Assembly (NCBI GenBank): GCA_003576915.1
Contig: QEVF01000012.1
Location: 37,899 to 101,898 of the forward strand
DNA length: 64,000 bases
Reading direction: 5' to 3'
From: Planctomycetota bacterium
GTDB taxonomy: Bacteria > Planctomycetota > UBA8742 > UBA2392
Shown: positions 47,290 through 57,471 of the stretch, one piece after another
How positions within the stretch are numbered: position 1 is the first letter of the stretch
Layout: each line of letters begins with the position of its first letter
Translations under genes and position numbers: made by a program
Notes under the pieces: model-generated
Databases searched by the model: none
The model's input: only the letters and a program-made list of their open reading frames with translations
Told to the model about the DNA's origin: nothing

Positions 47290-50042
47290 TACTCTTCGAC
47301 GTCGCCCCCGCCTTCCTCCTCAATGGCTACACTGCCGCCGCAGCGCTGAAGCTTGGAGCGGAGGGCGGCGACGGCCGCCTTGGCATCTTTGCTTTCGGCC
47401 TTGAGCGAGAGGGCCTCGGCGACGAGTTGCCAGGCGTTCAGAAAGTCCTGGGCGGCGGATTGGCCCGAAGCGTCCCAGCGCTGCTGGGCCGGCTGGTCAC
47501 AAATCACCGCCCAGATGGCAAGGCGCCAATGGATGCCGAGTGAGTCCGGCGTGGCGAGCAGCTTGGGCCAGAAGGCGGCGAGTTGTGCAGTGGTCCCGTT
47601 GCGCAGGGTGGAGGCGAAAATGCCGGCGGCGACTTCCAACAGGGGCGCCTCAAGCCAGAAGCCGGGCGGCGCGTCCTTGAGTTCGGGCGTCTGGGCCTGG
47701 GCAGCCTCGACCTGGTAGCCGCGCAGGCTGGTGGACAGAACTGCCCTGATGTAGGCCAGGACGTCCTGGGGGGTGCCGAATTCGAGGATCAGGGGGCGCA
47801 CGGCGGCCAACTCGATATGCGCCAGTTTCGCCTGACCGCGCCCCGGCAGGCTGAGGCGGGCGCGCGCAGCCAGATCCGGCATGGCGGCCTTTCGGAAGAA
47901 AAGCGAGGCCAGGAACATGCGGCGCGAAACGCCCTCCAGGTCCAGGAAGGGTGTAGGATTGAGCAGCAGAAGCTGGCCTGCGTCGGCGAAGCGGCCCGCT
48001 CGCGCCAGAGCCAGGGCGGCGTCGAGCAGCAGGCCACCGTGATGCACGACAGGTACGCCTGCGGCTGCCCGCTGCTGCTCGAGTCGGACTTCCTGCTCGG
48101 CCATCTGAACGGACTTGAACGTGGTTCTCGGATCGAGCAGGGTCTGGTTGGCGGCCAGCCAAGCTGCCAGTTCGGGCAACGTATTGGCCGGAGCCTGGGC
48201 GAATCGGGCGCGCAGCAGCAGGGCGCGGCTCTCCAGGGCGCTGATTACGGGCATGGTGCGCAGGCCCGCGCGCTCGCGCACTTCCCAGTCGGTGGCGCCT
48301 CGCGCCTGTTCGAGCAGCGTGGCGTATTGTTCGAGCAGTTGTGCGAGTTTGCGGCTTTCCGTGCTGTCAGGCTTGAGCAGGGCTTCAAGGTCAGGAGCCT
48401 TGAGTCGCGCGGCCAGCAGCAGATGGAAGTCGGACTGAAGGCGCACAACGATCTCCGCCCCCTGCTTTACGGAGCGCATGGCGGATACCAGGCCATCGTC
48501 GCGGCGATAGAAGTAGATGTTCTGGGCGTTGATACCGGCCATAAAGGCGGCGTAGTTGACGCTTTGCGCCCTCAGCGCGCCGGCTCGCGTCGCCAGGTCA
48601 AACCAGGGTTCCGTCGAGTCGGACTTTTCGGCCGGCGGCAACTTCAGGGTGAAGAGGGCCAGTTCCCAGTCGGGTGGCACGCCGGGGCCGGAATCCAGTG
48701 CCTGGTTGCGTGAGGCTTCTTCCAGATAATGCTGCGCGAGTTCCGTTTCGCCCTTCAACAGCAGCCAGAGTCCGATGTTGCCGGGATCCAGGCTGGTGCT
48801 TTCTTCGCCGGCACCCATGGTCGCGCGCAGGGCTTCCAGTTGTGTCTTGGCCGCGGCCACGTTCGCCCGCGAGAGCACCCGCGCGGCCTCAAACACTCTG
48901 TCATAGGCCTGAAGCATGGCGCCCTGCATGGCGCTGGGCCAGTTGACCAGTTTGAGGCCCTCGTTGCGGTTGAGCTCGACGAGGGCTTCGGTGCGCGCCT
49001 CCTCGGCCTTGCCTTGTGCCGCCAGCGCCTGGACCAGCAAATCCAGCAGGGCGCAGTCGCCGCGGGCCAGCACCAAACCCCGCCGCGTCAGGGCCTCAGC
49101 CTGGGGGGCGCGACCGGCGGCCAGGTCTGCCATGGCCGCGATACGCAACTCCGCGAGCGCGACAAAACGCGCGCGGCGAAGACCGGCTTCGAGCCTGGAG
49201 CGCTCTTCCAGTCCGCCTTTGGCGGCGTCGACGGCGTCTAGGGCAGTCTTGAACTCCTGGAGCCTGCCGTCGACGCGCTGCCTTGCCAGGGCAACGCGCC
49301 CGGTGTCTCGGGCGGCTTCTGCCAACAGGCGTTCGAAGCCTGGAACCTCCGTGGCAAACCAGACAGGGGAGGTGCAGAGACTCACGAAGGGCTCGATCTT
49401 CCCCATGGGCTGGGGTGGGCGGCGCCGGCTGCTGGGAGCATCCGGCGATGGGGCGGGTTCCACGAACTCCCCGCTCTCGGCCCAGGGCTCCACCTGTTCC
49501 CATTGCGCCACGACGCTTATTTCATAGGGAAAACGGGCGCCGCTTACGGACGCCATCTCGGCGTAGGCGGTCAGGGAGGCCTCCATGTCGCCGCACAACC
49601 AGACAAGCTCCGCCTCCAGTCTCATCAGCGTGCGAGAGTCGCCGTGACGCGACCTTGCCTCGCGCACGAATGCCAGCGCCTCACGTTCGAGGCCCAGAAC
49701 CAGCAGCAGTCTCGTCGCCCGGAGATAGGCACGGGCATCGCGCGCCACGGCCAGGAATGGACGCAGGCTCTCGGCAGCACGCGGGTCACGGGCCCTGGCC
49801 CGCAGCGCAGCGGAGAAGCTGGCGTACCAGCGTGAAAGCTCGCCCTTCACGCGAGGGTCCTGCGATAGGGCGCGGGCGCGAACTTCGGCCTGGGCTTCGT
49901 CGCGCTCCAGCCATGACTCCCTCATCTGCACCAGCTCGGAGGCCAAGGTAACCCGGGCGTCCTGGGCCTGGGGCCGCGCCGCCAGCCACGCCAGCCCAAG
50001 GGCTGCGATAGAGAGCCAGACGATGCGCATAGGCTTCCTCAC
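47277..50042 (-). CDS. Large secreted helical-repeat (TPR-like) protein, 921 aa
   Basis: Signal peptide MRIVWLSIAALGLAWLAARPQAQ. Ala/Leu/Arg/Glu-rich helical repeats throughout. The GTG start overlaps the upstream stop (GTGA at 50039-50042). Confidence 0.6.
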   Translation of the reverse strand: MRKPMRIVWLSIAALGLAWLAARPQAQDARVTLASELVQMRESWLERDEAQAEVRARALSQDPRVKGELSRWYASFSAALRARARDPRAAESLRPFLAVARDARAYLRATRLLLVLGLEREALAFVREARSRHGDSRTLMRLEAELVWLCGDMEASLTAYAEMASVSGARFPYEISVVAQWEQVEPWAESGEFVEPAPSPDAPSSRRRPPQPMGKIEPFVSLCTSPVWFATEVPGFERLLAEAARDTGRVALARQRVDGRLQEFKTALDAVDAAKGGLEERSRLEAGLRRARFVALAELRIAAMADLAAGRAPQAEALTRRGLVLARGDCALLDLLVQALAAQGKAEEARTEALVELNRNEGLKLVNWPSAMQGAMLQAYDRVFEAARVLSRANVAAAKTQLEALRATMGAGEESTSLDPGNIGLWLLLKGETELAQHYLEEASRNQALDSGPGVPPDWELALFTLKLPPAEKSDSTEPWFDLATRAGALRAQSVNYAAFMAGINAQNIYFYRRDDGLVSAMRSVKQGAEIVVRLQSDFHLLLAARLKAPDLEALLKPDSTESRKLAQLLEQYATLLEQARGATDWEVRERAGLRTMPVISALESRALLLRARFAQAPANTLPELAAWLAANQTLLDPRTTFKSVQMAEQEVRLEQQRAAAGVPVVHHGGLLLDAALALARAGRFADAGQLLLLNPTPFLDLEGVSRRMFLASLFFRKAAMPDLAARARLSLPGRGQAKLAHIELAAVRPLILEFGTPQDVLAYIRAVLSTSLRGYQVEAAQAQTPELKDAPPGFWLEAPLLEVAAGIFASTLRNGTTAQLAAFWPKLLATPDSLGIHWRLAIWAVICDQPAQQRWDASGQSAAQDFLNAWQLVAEALSLKAESKDAKAAVAALRSKLQRCGGSVAIEEEGGGDVEEYYPD

Positions 50043-52840
50043 TTGAGCTTGGCCAGCACGATTCGCCCGCTGGACGCCTCAAGGCGGGCCAGACCCCGCC
50101 GCGACGCCCACCAGAACGCAAAGTCGTCGCCGCAGTCTTCCGAAAGCCAGCGTTGCACCAAGGGGCGCCAGAGCAGGGGCTGGTCCTGATGATCCACGCC
50201 CATGTAGGCCGCCTCGGAGAGGCTTCCGCCCGCCGCCGGGTCACCCCGACCGCCTGAATTCACGAAGCTGGCCACGCCGCCCGGAAGCAGCTTCTGGCGA
50301 TCCCACGAGAAGCGGTCCAGCACCTGGCGAAGAGCGTACACCTGCCCCTCACCCGCCAGCCTCGCCTGCCGCAGCAGGTACCAGCCGCTGGCAGGGCCGA
50401 TGGAGTTGAGAACGGCCGAGGCCAGCGGCTCGGGCGAGAGTCCCAGCCATGCGCGTGACCACTCGCGCAGTTCGAAGTCGCGTCCGTCTTTGGCCACCGT
50501 CACGCGCGCCACAATCTCGGCGGCCTTGTCGCGGCGGCCCATGAGCGCGGTCACAGCAAGCTGAATGGGAGTGCGCGGCAGGGGCGTATCCTGACCCGCG
50601 AACAGCAGCTCGATCACGTCGGCCTCGCAATGCATCAACAGCAGCAGAAGGCTGGGGTCGGCCAGGGCCCGGGCCTGTTCGTTGTCAAAGAGAACCGCGT
50701 GGGCAAACGCCTTGGCCGCGCCCGGCGAGAGTTCGCCCGCCAGCAGCAGGCGCGGCGATCCCAGCTTTGCGAACTTGTCCGGCGAGGCCGCCAGAAGAGC
50801 CAGCAGGTCGTCCCGTGTCACGCGACCGGAACAGCCCACGAGCACCGCAGTCGATAACGCCTGCAAGTCGGGGCTCTCGAGCCCCCGCTTGAGTGTCTGA
50901 GTGCGGAAGTCGTCTCCGACGGGGGTCTGGCTGATGGCGAGCGCCAGCGCCAGCAGCGGACCGCGCGGGTCATTGCCGGCGCTGTGCAACTCGGCCACCT
51001 TGGGCGCAAGCTCCTGGTCTCGCCCCGCAATGGCCAGGGCCAGCAGGGCGTCAGCGCTGGCGGGGGCGTGTGGGTCCGTGGCCAGCGTTTGCAGCAGCGC
51101 AAAGCCCGATTCGTCCGATGTCGTCAGAAGCAGCTGCACCAGTTGAGCGTCTGTGAGGGTCAGGTTGTGGCGCAAGAATAGGGTCAGGTCCTGCCGCGCC
51201 CAGGCGGCTCCCAGAAAGGAAACGGCGCATAACGCCCCCAGGGCCGTATGCGGGCGGCGGCCAAACAACCGGACCGCAAGCGCCAATTCATTGCCGGGCA
51301 AGTGCGCCGACCATTGGACTTTCAGTGCGGCTTCCGCTTGGTTTTGGCCGCTGTTGACCAGAACGGGGATCAGGGCCTGGCGCAGGCGGGGCTCGGCCTT
51401 GGCCAGGCGCTCCTGCAGACGGGTGACATCGCGCGCCTCAAGCAAATCGGCCATGGGGGCGAGGGCCTTCAGCGCCGCTTCGGCCGTGTCTTCGAGCGTC
51501 AAGGCCGCTTCGGCCAGGGCTGCCGCGGTGGAGGGCGCGCGATATCCCCGGGCAAGCCCCGCGCAAGCGGCCCGCACTACGGGCTGCGCCGATTTCAATC
51601 GGGCCAGCAGGAAGGGTTGCAGTACCTCAGGCTCGGGAGGGTCGAACCACCAGGCGTCCAGAATGGCGACCTGGGCGTGGGGCCCAAGCGTATCGAAAGC
51701 TTCAAGTGCCGCTGTTCCGTTGGCGCACATGGCCAGAGAGCGGGCCAACAGCGCCACCCGCCGCTCTTCAAGGGCCGGCGTTCCGGGCTCCAGAGCTGCG
51801 CGCAATGAAGCTGCCATGCCTGAACGCGCGAGCAGCAGCCCGTATTGTTCGGTCTCCCGCAGGGTTAGTTCGTGAATGGCGCCCAAGCGTAGTGCACGAA
51901 GTTGGCCTTCGGTGGCCGCGGGCATCATCGCCATGACGATCGCCGGCAGCACCCGCTCGCGCCCCGGCCGCGTTGCCAGCGCCTCCACGGCCTTGAGATT
52001 CTCCGGCGTGAGGCTCGCCGCGCAGGCCGCCGCTTCATAGAGACCCCGCAGGCCCTGTGCGGCGTAAAGGGCACGCTCGATGGCCAGGGCTTCTTCCATA
52101 GGCTTGTCAAAGCCGCACAGGGAGGCCAGGGTCAGGGCCGCGTGCTCGGGCAAGCCCGGCGGCACCAGCGAAACGACCGCCAGCAAGCCCTGCCCGCGCG
52201 GGGCGTTGCGCCGCATGTCGGGGTCCCTGGCGGCACGCACCAGCACAGCGCCGTAGCCCTCCGGACCCTCGGCGCGGCGGCAGGCCAGGGCCGCGACGAA
52301 GCGCTGGCTTTGGGGCGCGAGGCTGCTGATCACGCGGGCCCACACGGGGCCCATGCCAGCCCCGGCGTTCTGCTCAAGCAGGGCCAGGAGCGAAGAGGGA
52401 TCCGAGGCGGAGAGCTTCTCCTGCAACTGGGTGATTGAAAGCCCCAGCTTGCGCGCGGCGAGAAAGAGCTCCGAGTCACCGCTGTTGAGAACTTCAAGCA
52501 GCAGTACGCAGCGGTGGCCGATTTCGTCGTCGTCGTGGTCCACAGCGGCCTGAACCTGCTTGATGGCCGCAGCGCCGAACTCCGCCAGCTCACTCATGGC
52601 GCGATCACGTTCGCGCAGCGTTGGTGCACCCAACTGGTCGATAAGTGCCGCTATGCGCGCGGATTGCTCGGGCGTGGGGTCCACCGCGACGACCCTGGGC
52701 GCCGGCCCGGTCTCGGCCGAGTTCGTGGGGTACCCGGGGGCTGCGTTGGAGGTCCGCTGGGCCATGGCGCTGCGCAGGGCGGCTGCGAACAAGACACCCA
52801 TGCCCAGCACCACCAGCAGCAGCGTTTGCCAACGGCCCAT
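50039..52840 (-). CDS. Large membrane-anchored helical-repeat (HEAT/ARM-like) protein, 933 aa
   Basis: N-terminal anchor RWQTLLLVVLGMGVLFAAAL. The module DQLGAPTLRERDRAMSELAEFGAAAI is followed by Ala/Leu-rich repeats. No catalytic motif seen. Confidence 0.6.
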   Translation of the reverse strand: MGRWQTLLLVVLGMGVLFAAALRSAMAQRTSNAAPGYPTNSAETGPAPRVVAVDPTPEQSARIAALIDQLGAPTLRERDRAMSELAEFGAAAIKQVQAAVDHDDDEIGHRCVLLLEVLNSGDSELFLAARKLGLSITQLQEKLSASDPSSLLALLEQNAGAGMGPVWARVISSLAPQSQRFVAALACRRAEGPEGYGAVLVRAARDPDMRRNAPRGQGLLAVVSLVPPGLPEHAALTLASLCGFDKPMEEALAIERALYAAQGLRGLYEAAACAASLTPENLKAVEALATRPGRERVLPAIVMAMMPAATEGQLRALRLGAIHELTLRETEQYGLLLARSGMAASLRAALEPGTPALEERRVALLARSLAMCANGTAALEAFDTLGPHAQVAILDAWWFDPPEPEVLQPFLLARLKSAQPVVRAACAGLARGYRAPSTAAALAEAALTLEDTAEAALKALAPMADLLEARDVTRLQERLAKAEPRLRQALIPVLVNSGQNQAEAALKVQWSAHLPGNELALAVRLFGRRPHTALGALCAVSFLGAAWARQDLTLFLRHNLTLTDAQLVQLLLTTSDESGFALLQTLATDPHAPASADALLALAIAGRDQELAPKVAELHSAGNDPRGPLLALALAISQTPVGDDFRTQTLKRGLESPDLQALSTAVLVGCSGRVTRDDLLALLAASPDKFAKLGSPRLLLAGELSPGAAKAFAHAVLFDNEQARALADPSLLLLLMHCEADVIELLFAGQDTPLPRTPIQLAVTALMGRRDKAAEIVARVTVAKDGRDFELREWSRAWLGLSPEPLASAVLNSIGPASGWYLLRQARLAGEGQVYALRQVLDRFSWDRQKLLPGGVASFVNSGGRGDPAAGGSLSEAAYMGVDHQDQPLLWRPLVQRWLSEDCGDDFAFWWASRRGLARLEASSGRIVLAKLK

Positions 52841-52900
52841 GACATCTCCGAAGTCAGAGTATTAAACGTTGCGGCGCCTTGGGCGCGTAGCCCGTTATGC

Positions 52901-52933
52901 AAAAACCCGGCGATGCTTGTGCTGCACGACGGG
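52901..52933 (-). terminator. Terminator candidate for the tRNA-Ser transcript
   Basis: Minus strand: CCCGUCG-n14-CGCCGGG (7-bp stem with one mismatch) followed by UUUUUGC. Confidence 0.4.
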
Positions 52934-52976
52934 CCGCGGCCTGTCAACGAAGCGCAAGACCAGGCCGCCGGGCCAC

Positions 52977-52988
52977 GGGGGGGGGGGG
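52977..52988. repeat. Homopolymeric G12 (C12 on the transcribed minus strand)
   Basis: Counted directly: cac-gggggggggggg-ca. It lies 43 nt downstream of the tRNA-Ser 3' end and 137 nt upstream of the 933-aa gene start. Confidence 0.9.
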
Positions 52989-53030
52989 CATTCCTGACAT
53001 GACATTGAGATGAAGGGAGCGAGGGCGAGA

Positions 53031-53120
53031 TGGCGGAGGAGGAGGGATTCGAACCCCCGGTGAGCCGAAGCCCACAGCGGTTTTCAAAACCGCCGCAATC
53101 GACCACTCTGCCACTCCTCC
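53031..53120 (-). tRNA. tRNA-Ser (anticodon UGA)
   Basis: GGAGGAG-UG-GCAGAGUGGUCGAUUGC-G-GCGGU-UUUGAAA-ACCGC-long variable arm GUGGGC-UUCG-GCUCAC-GGGGG-UUCGAAU-CCCUC-CUCCUCC-G-CCA. 7-bp acceptor stem, encoded CCA, 90 nt. Confidence 0.9.
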
Positions 53121-53130
53121 GCGGCGCGGC

Positions 53131-53158
53131 ATTGTAGGCGCGGGGGCTGTGGCTGCAA
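53131..53158 (-). promoter_or_regulatory. Sigma-70-like promoter candidate for tRNA-Ser
   Basis: Minus strand: TTGCAG, 16 nt, TACAAT. The -10 element ends 10 nt before the mature tRNA 5' end. Confidence 0.4.
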
Positions 53159-53303
53159 GCAGGGGCGGTGTCGGGCCGGCGCGGGCCGCACCGGCTCCTG
53201 CCGGACTTCGGGCAGGACCCAAATGACCCCGGTTGCTGTTGGAGGCCGGCCCTGCAATTGGCAGAATCAAGCCTGCGGGGACTCACTCAACCGGAGGCGA
53301 CAC

Positions 53304-54470
53304 ATGCCCTCACGTCTGGACAACGCTCGGCGCGACTTCCTCAAGATTTCTGCCATGGGCTTTTCTGCGGCGGCACTGGCTCCTTTGGCCACGCGCATGT
53401 TCGCGCAGGAAGCCAAGCCCAAGCACGACCTTTCCAACGTCAAGCGCGGCACACTGCTGGGCGCGGGGCAGCAGGTCAACATCCAGACTGGCGACAAGCG
53501 TTGGGTGCTGTCCATTGTAGACCTGGACGCCGAGGCGCTTGCGCCGCGCCTGGTGGTCATGGATTTTCAGGGCCACGGGTTTGCCCCCGATCCTCGCGAT
53601 CCCAACAAGATGGTGATCTTCGAGAAGCACGGTCCTGGCTGCTGCGAGGTGGACTTGGCCGAGGGCAAAGTCACGCGCAGCATGCCGCCGGTCAAGGGGG
53701 CCAAGTTCTACGGCCACGGCGCCTATTCCCCGGACGGGGCGGAGCTTTACGCAACGGAATCCATCATCGACGAAGCCTATCGGGGCATCATTTCCATCCG
53801 CGACGGCAAGACCTTCGAGCTCAAGGGCGAGTTCCCGACCTTCGGCGCTGCGCCCCACGACTGCACCCTCATCGACGAGGGCAAAACCATGGTCGTGACC
53901 AACGGCGGCGGCAAGCTCGACGGTCCCAAGCCCTGCGTCACCTATGTGAATGTGCCCAAGCGTGAGCTGATCGAAAAGCTTGAGTTCGAAAACGAGAACA
54001 TTAATGCAGGCCACCTGATCGTCACCAGAAAGGGCGACTTGCTCTGCTCCAATGCCCGGCGCGAGGGCCTGCCTGAAGACGCCTTGGGCGGCATGTCCGT
54101 GCGCGTCAAGGGCGGCAAGTTGACGACGTTCACCAAGCCCGAAGACGTGTACAAGAGAATGGTCGGCGAGACGCTTTCCCTGGCCTTCAACGAAGAAACC
54201 CGCATCGTCGCCGCCACCAACCCCTACGGCAACATCGTCACCTTCTGGAACATCGACACCGGCGAACTCAAGCGCAAGATTGAAGTGCAGAACCCGCGCG
54301 GCATCGTGCTCACGCTCGACAACACGTACTTCGTGCTCAGCTACCAGAAGGACCCCGTGGTGGCCCTGGTGGACGCCAAAACCTGCGAACCGGTCAAGGG
54401 CTCCAAGTTCGCCAATGCGCCCATCTCCGGCAGCCACATGTTCATTCACGCCATGCCGCGCCTGGCGTAA
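53304..54470 (+). CDS. Tat-signal DUF1513-like beta-propeller protein
   Basis: Twin-arginine signal ARRDFLKISAMGFSAAALAPLA. FYGHGAYSPDGAELYATE and repeated propeller-like segments match my memory of DUF1513. Start taken at 53304. Confidence 0.7.
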   Translation: MPSRLDNARRDFLKISAMGFSAAALAPLATRMFAQEAKPKHDLSNVKRGTLLGAGQQVNIQTGDKRWVLSIVDLDAEALAPRLVVMDFQGHGFAPDPRDPNKMVIFEKHGPGCCEVDLAEGKVTRSMPPVKGAKFYGHGAYSPDGAELYATESIIDEAYRGIISIRDGKTFELKGEFPTFGAAPHDCTLIDEGKTMVVTNGGGKLDGPKPCVTYVNVPKRELIEKLEFENENINAGHLIVTRKGDLLCSNARREGLPEDALGGMSVRVKGGKLTTFTKPEDVYKRMVGETLSLAFNEETRIVAATNPYGNIVTFWNIDTGELKRKIEVQNPRGIVLTLDNTYFVLSYQKDPVVALVDAKTCEPVKGSKFANAPISGSHMFIHAMPRLA

Positions 54471-54495
54471 CGGTGAGGATTGCGCCCAAAGCAGT

Positions 54496-54521
54496 GAAGG
54501 GCCGCCCTGGGGCGGCCCTTC
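54496..54521. terminator. 11-bp perfect hairpin between convergent genes (bidirectional terminator candidate)
   Basis: GAAGGGCCGCC-CTGG-GGCGGCCCTTC. Flanking T/A runs are weak. Confidence 0.45.
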
Positions 54522-54586
54522 TGACTTGAGCGGCAGGGCGCCGAGGCACGACTCCGCCGGGGGGCGCTATGCGCGGCAAGGGGAGC

Positions 54587-55330
<744 letters not shown>

Positions 55331-55368
55331 TTACGGGGGCGAAGCTCAAACGCAAGGGTGTGGCGCGC

Positions 55369-56430
55369 TCAGGTGCGCAGCTTGGGATCGAGCGCGTCGC
55401 GCAGCGCATCACCAAAGAGGGAAAACGAGAGCGTAAGAAGGAACAGAACGGCAGTGGCGCTGGTCAGGGGCCACCAAACGCTGGGGTCGCGCTGGAGTTC
55501 GTTGCGCCCGCCAACGATGAGCCGGCCCCAGGTGTGAAGTTCCGGCTCGATGCCGATGCCCACGTAGCTCAGGAATACTTCAAGGGCAACAGAGCCCACG
55601 AAGCTCAGCGTGAAGGTGATGATGACCAGATGCATGACGTTGGGCAGAATGTGCTTGAACAGCACCCGGGCGTGGCTGCAGCCGAGGGCCCGGGCGGCCT
55701 GAACGTATTCGCGGCTCTTGTGCTTGATGACTTCGGCGCGCACGAGCCGGCAAAGACCGATCCAGGTGGTCATGCCGATGACGATCAGCACCAGCAGCAG
55801 GTTGCGGTAGGGTTTGCTGTCAAGGCCAATACTCTCAAGTGCCGCCGCGACGGCGTCGCTGTCCCGCACGGCCTGTACGAAAGCAATCAGAAGCAGAACA
55901 AAGGGAATTGAGGCCAGCGTGGAGATGACGTAGCCCACGAGGTCATCGATCCACTTGCCGAAGTAGCCCGCAACGAGGCCGATCACGACGGCAATGAACG
56001 AGCTGATAATGGTCGGAATCAGACCGATGAGGAAGGCCAGCTCGGTGCCGCGGATCAGCTTGGCCAGCACGCTGACGCCGTGAATGTCGCAGCCCAGGGG
56101 CAGGTGCCAGGTGCGTATGTCCGTAACTCCCCAATGGCGCTGAGCCTCAGGCAGGGGCGGGTTGTCCTCCTTGGTCTGGACGTTCTGGCCGGTTTTGGAG
56201 AAGTGGCCGTGCCCGGGGTCCATCCATAGCAGCCAGCCCGGCGGGTGGTAGCTGCGCTCAAGGCCGGTGGTTTCATCCAGTGCGGTCTCTCCCGCGCGCG
56301 GCACGAGGTCCTCTTCGTCCACCCATAGCCGCGCGGTGCAGGCCACGAGAACGAAGAGGGCCATGATGGCAAGACACAGCAGGGCCAAGCGCTTCTTGAG
56401 CATCTGCCGGATGAGTTCAGACCAGGGCAT
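55369..56430 (-). CDS. ABC peptide/nickel-type importer permease (OppC/DppC-like)
   Basis: Six TM helices. EAA-type loop YVQAARALGCSHARVLFKHILPNV. C-terminal GDALRDALDP. Confidence 0.9.
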   Translation of the reverse strand: MPWSELIRQMLKKRLALLCLAIMALFVLVACTARLWVDEEDLVPRAGETALDETTGLERSYHPPGWLLWMDPGHGHFSKTGQNVQTKEDNPPLPEAQRHWGVTDIRTWHLPLGCDIHGVSVLAKLIRGTELAFLIGLIPTIISSFIAVVIGLVAGYFGKWIDDLVGYVISTLASIPFVLLLIAFVQAVRDSDAVAAALESIGLDSKPYRNLLLVLIVIGMTTWIGLCRLVRAEVIKHKSREYVQAARALGCSHARVLFKHILPNVMHLVIITFTLSFVGSVALEVFLSYVGIGIEPELHTWGRLIVGGRNELQRDPSVWWPLTSATAVLFLLTLSFSLFGDALRDALDPKLRT

Positions 56431-56441
56431 GTGTCCTCGTG

Positions 56442-57467
56442 TCAGCTCAGTTTCACGCGCGGGTCTACCACGGCGTAAAGCACGTCAGACAGCAGATTGG
56501 CCAGCATGAAGCTGATCGCGCCCAGAACGACGGTGGCTCGTACCACATTGACGTCGCTGTTGGAGATGGCGTCCACGGTCAGGTATCCCAGGCCCGGTAT
56601 CGCAAAGAAGCTCTCAAGCACCAGCGCACCCAGATAAAGCCCCGGAATGGCGACAACCCAGCGCGTGATCAATGGAATCAGGGTGTTGCGCAGGACATGC
56701 TTGAACAGCACGGAGTTCTCGTTGACACCCTTGGCCCGCGCCGTACGCACGTAGTCCTGATTCACTTCGTCCAGCATCACGATACGGTTGAAGCGCAAAT
56801 GCTCGCCGTAGCTGATGAACACATAAAGCAGGATCGGGAGCAGCAGGTAGCGCGCGGCGCCAAAGCCCTCGGCGTAGCCGCTGACCGGGAAGTAATTCCA
56901 GTTTGCGGCGAGGAACTTCTGACCGAACATGTAGAGCGCGATTGAATTCACACTCATGACCACAATGGCGCTGATCACCAGCACGTGGTCCAACCTGGTC
57001 TGGCGGTACATGGCGGCAAACAGACCGAAAAACACTCCCAGAAGCTCGGCGATCAGAAAGGCGGGAAGGGTCAGGGCCAGGCTTGCCCACATACCGTCAA
57101 AAAGGACCCGCGCTACGGAACGGTCCCTCCGGTCGAGGCCGTAGTTAAAGGTCACGATCTCCTGGATGTAGCGGCCAAAGAGCATAATCTTGCCGACGCG
57201 CTCGAAGTCCTGGCCTTCCACCAGCGGTTCGGGCTCATCTTTCTCGGCATTGGCCTTGCGCTTGGTCTGGCCCGCTTCGGTCCAGACGATGTAGCCCTCG
57301 GTCTCCTGCCACTCATAGACCTGATTCTGGCTAGCCTTGGGCCCAAGTCGCTGGCGCGCCAACGCTTCGGGGCTGGTGACGAGAAAGAAAAGCGTGAACG
57401 TGATGGCGATTACCCCGATCAGGATGAAGGGCATGTACGCCAGCTTGCGCAGAACGTAGTTCAGCAT
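56442..57467 (-). CDS. ABC peptide/nickel-type importer permease (OppB/DppB-like)
   Basis: MLNYVLRKL.., DYVRTARAKGVNENSVLFKHVLRN, C-terminal LSDVLYAVVDPRV. Confidence 0.9.
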   Translation of the reverse strand: MLNYVLRKLAYMPFILIGVIAITFTLFFLVTSPEALARQRLGPKASQNQVYEWQETEGYIVWTEAGQTKRKANAEKDEPEPLVEGQDFERVGKIMLFGRYIQEIVTFNYGLDRRDRSVARVLFDGMWASLALTLPAFLIAELLGVFFGLFAAMYRQTRLDHVLVISAIVVMSVNSIALYMFGQKFLAANWNYFPVSGYAEGFGAARYLLLPILLYVFISYGEHLRFNRIVMLDEVNQDYVRTARAKGVNENSVLFKHVLRNTLIPLITRWVVAIPGLYLGALVLESFFAIPGLGYLTVDAISNSDVNVVRATVVLGAISFMLANLLSDVLYAVVDPRVKLS

Positions 57468-57471
57468 CGGG

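Noticed and set aside
53031-53120. Possibility that the long-variable-arm tRNA is tRNA-Sec, which would support the rhodanese recoding.
   Set aside because: The anticodon loop reads U-U-UGA-A-A, so the anticodon is UGA (decoding the UCA Ser codon), not UCA. The acceptor stem is 7 bp, not 8. It is an ordinary tRNA-Ser.
47277-53120. A tRNA-Ser-adjacent genomic island containing the two giant repeat-protein genes.
   Set aside because: There is no integrase, no direct repeat of the tRNA 3' end that I could find, and no obvious compositional break.
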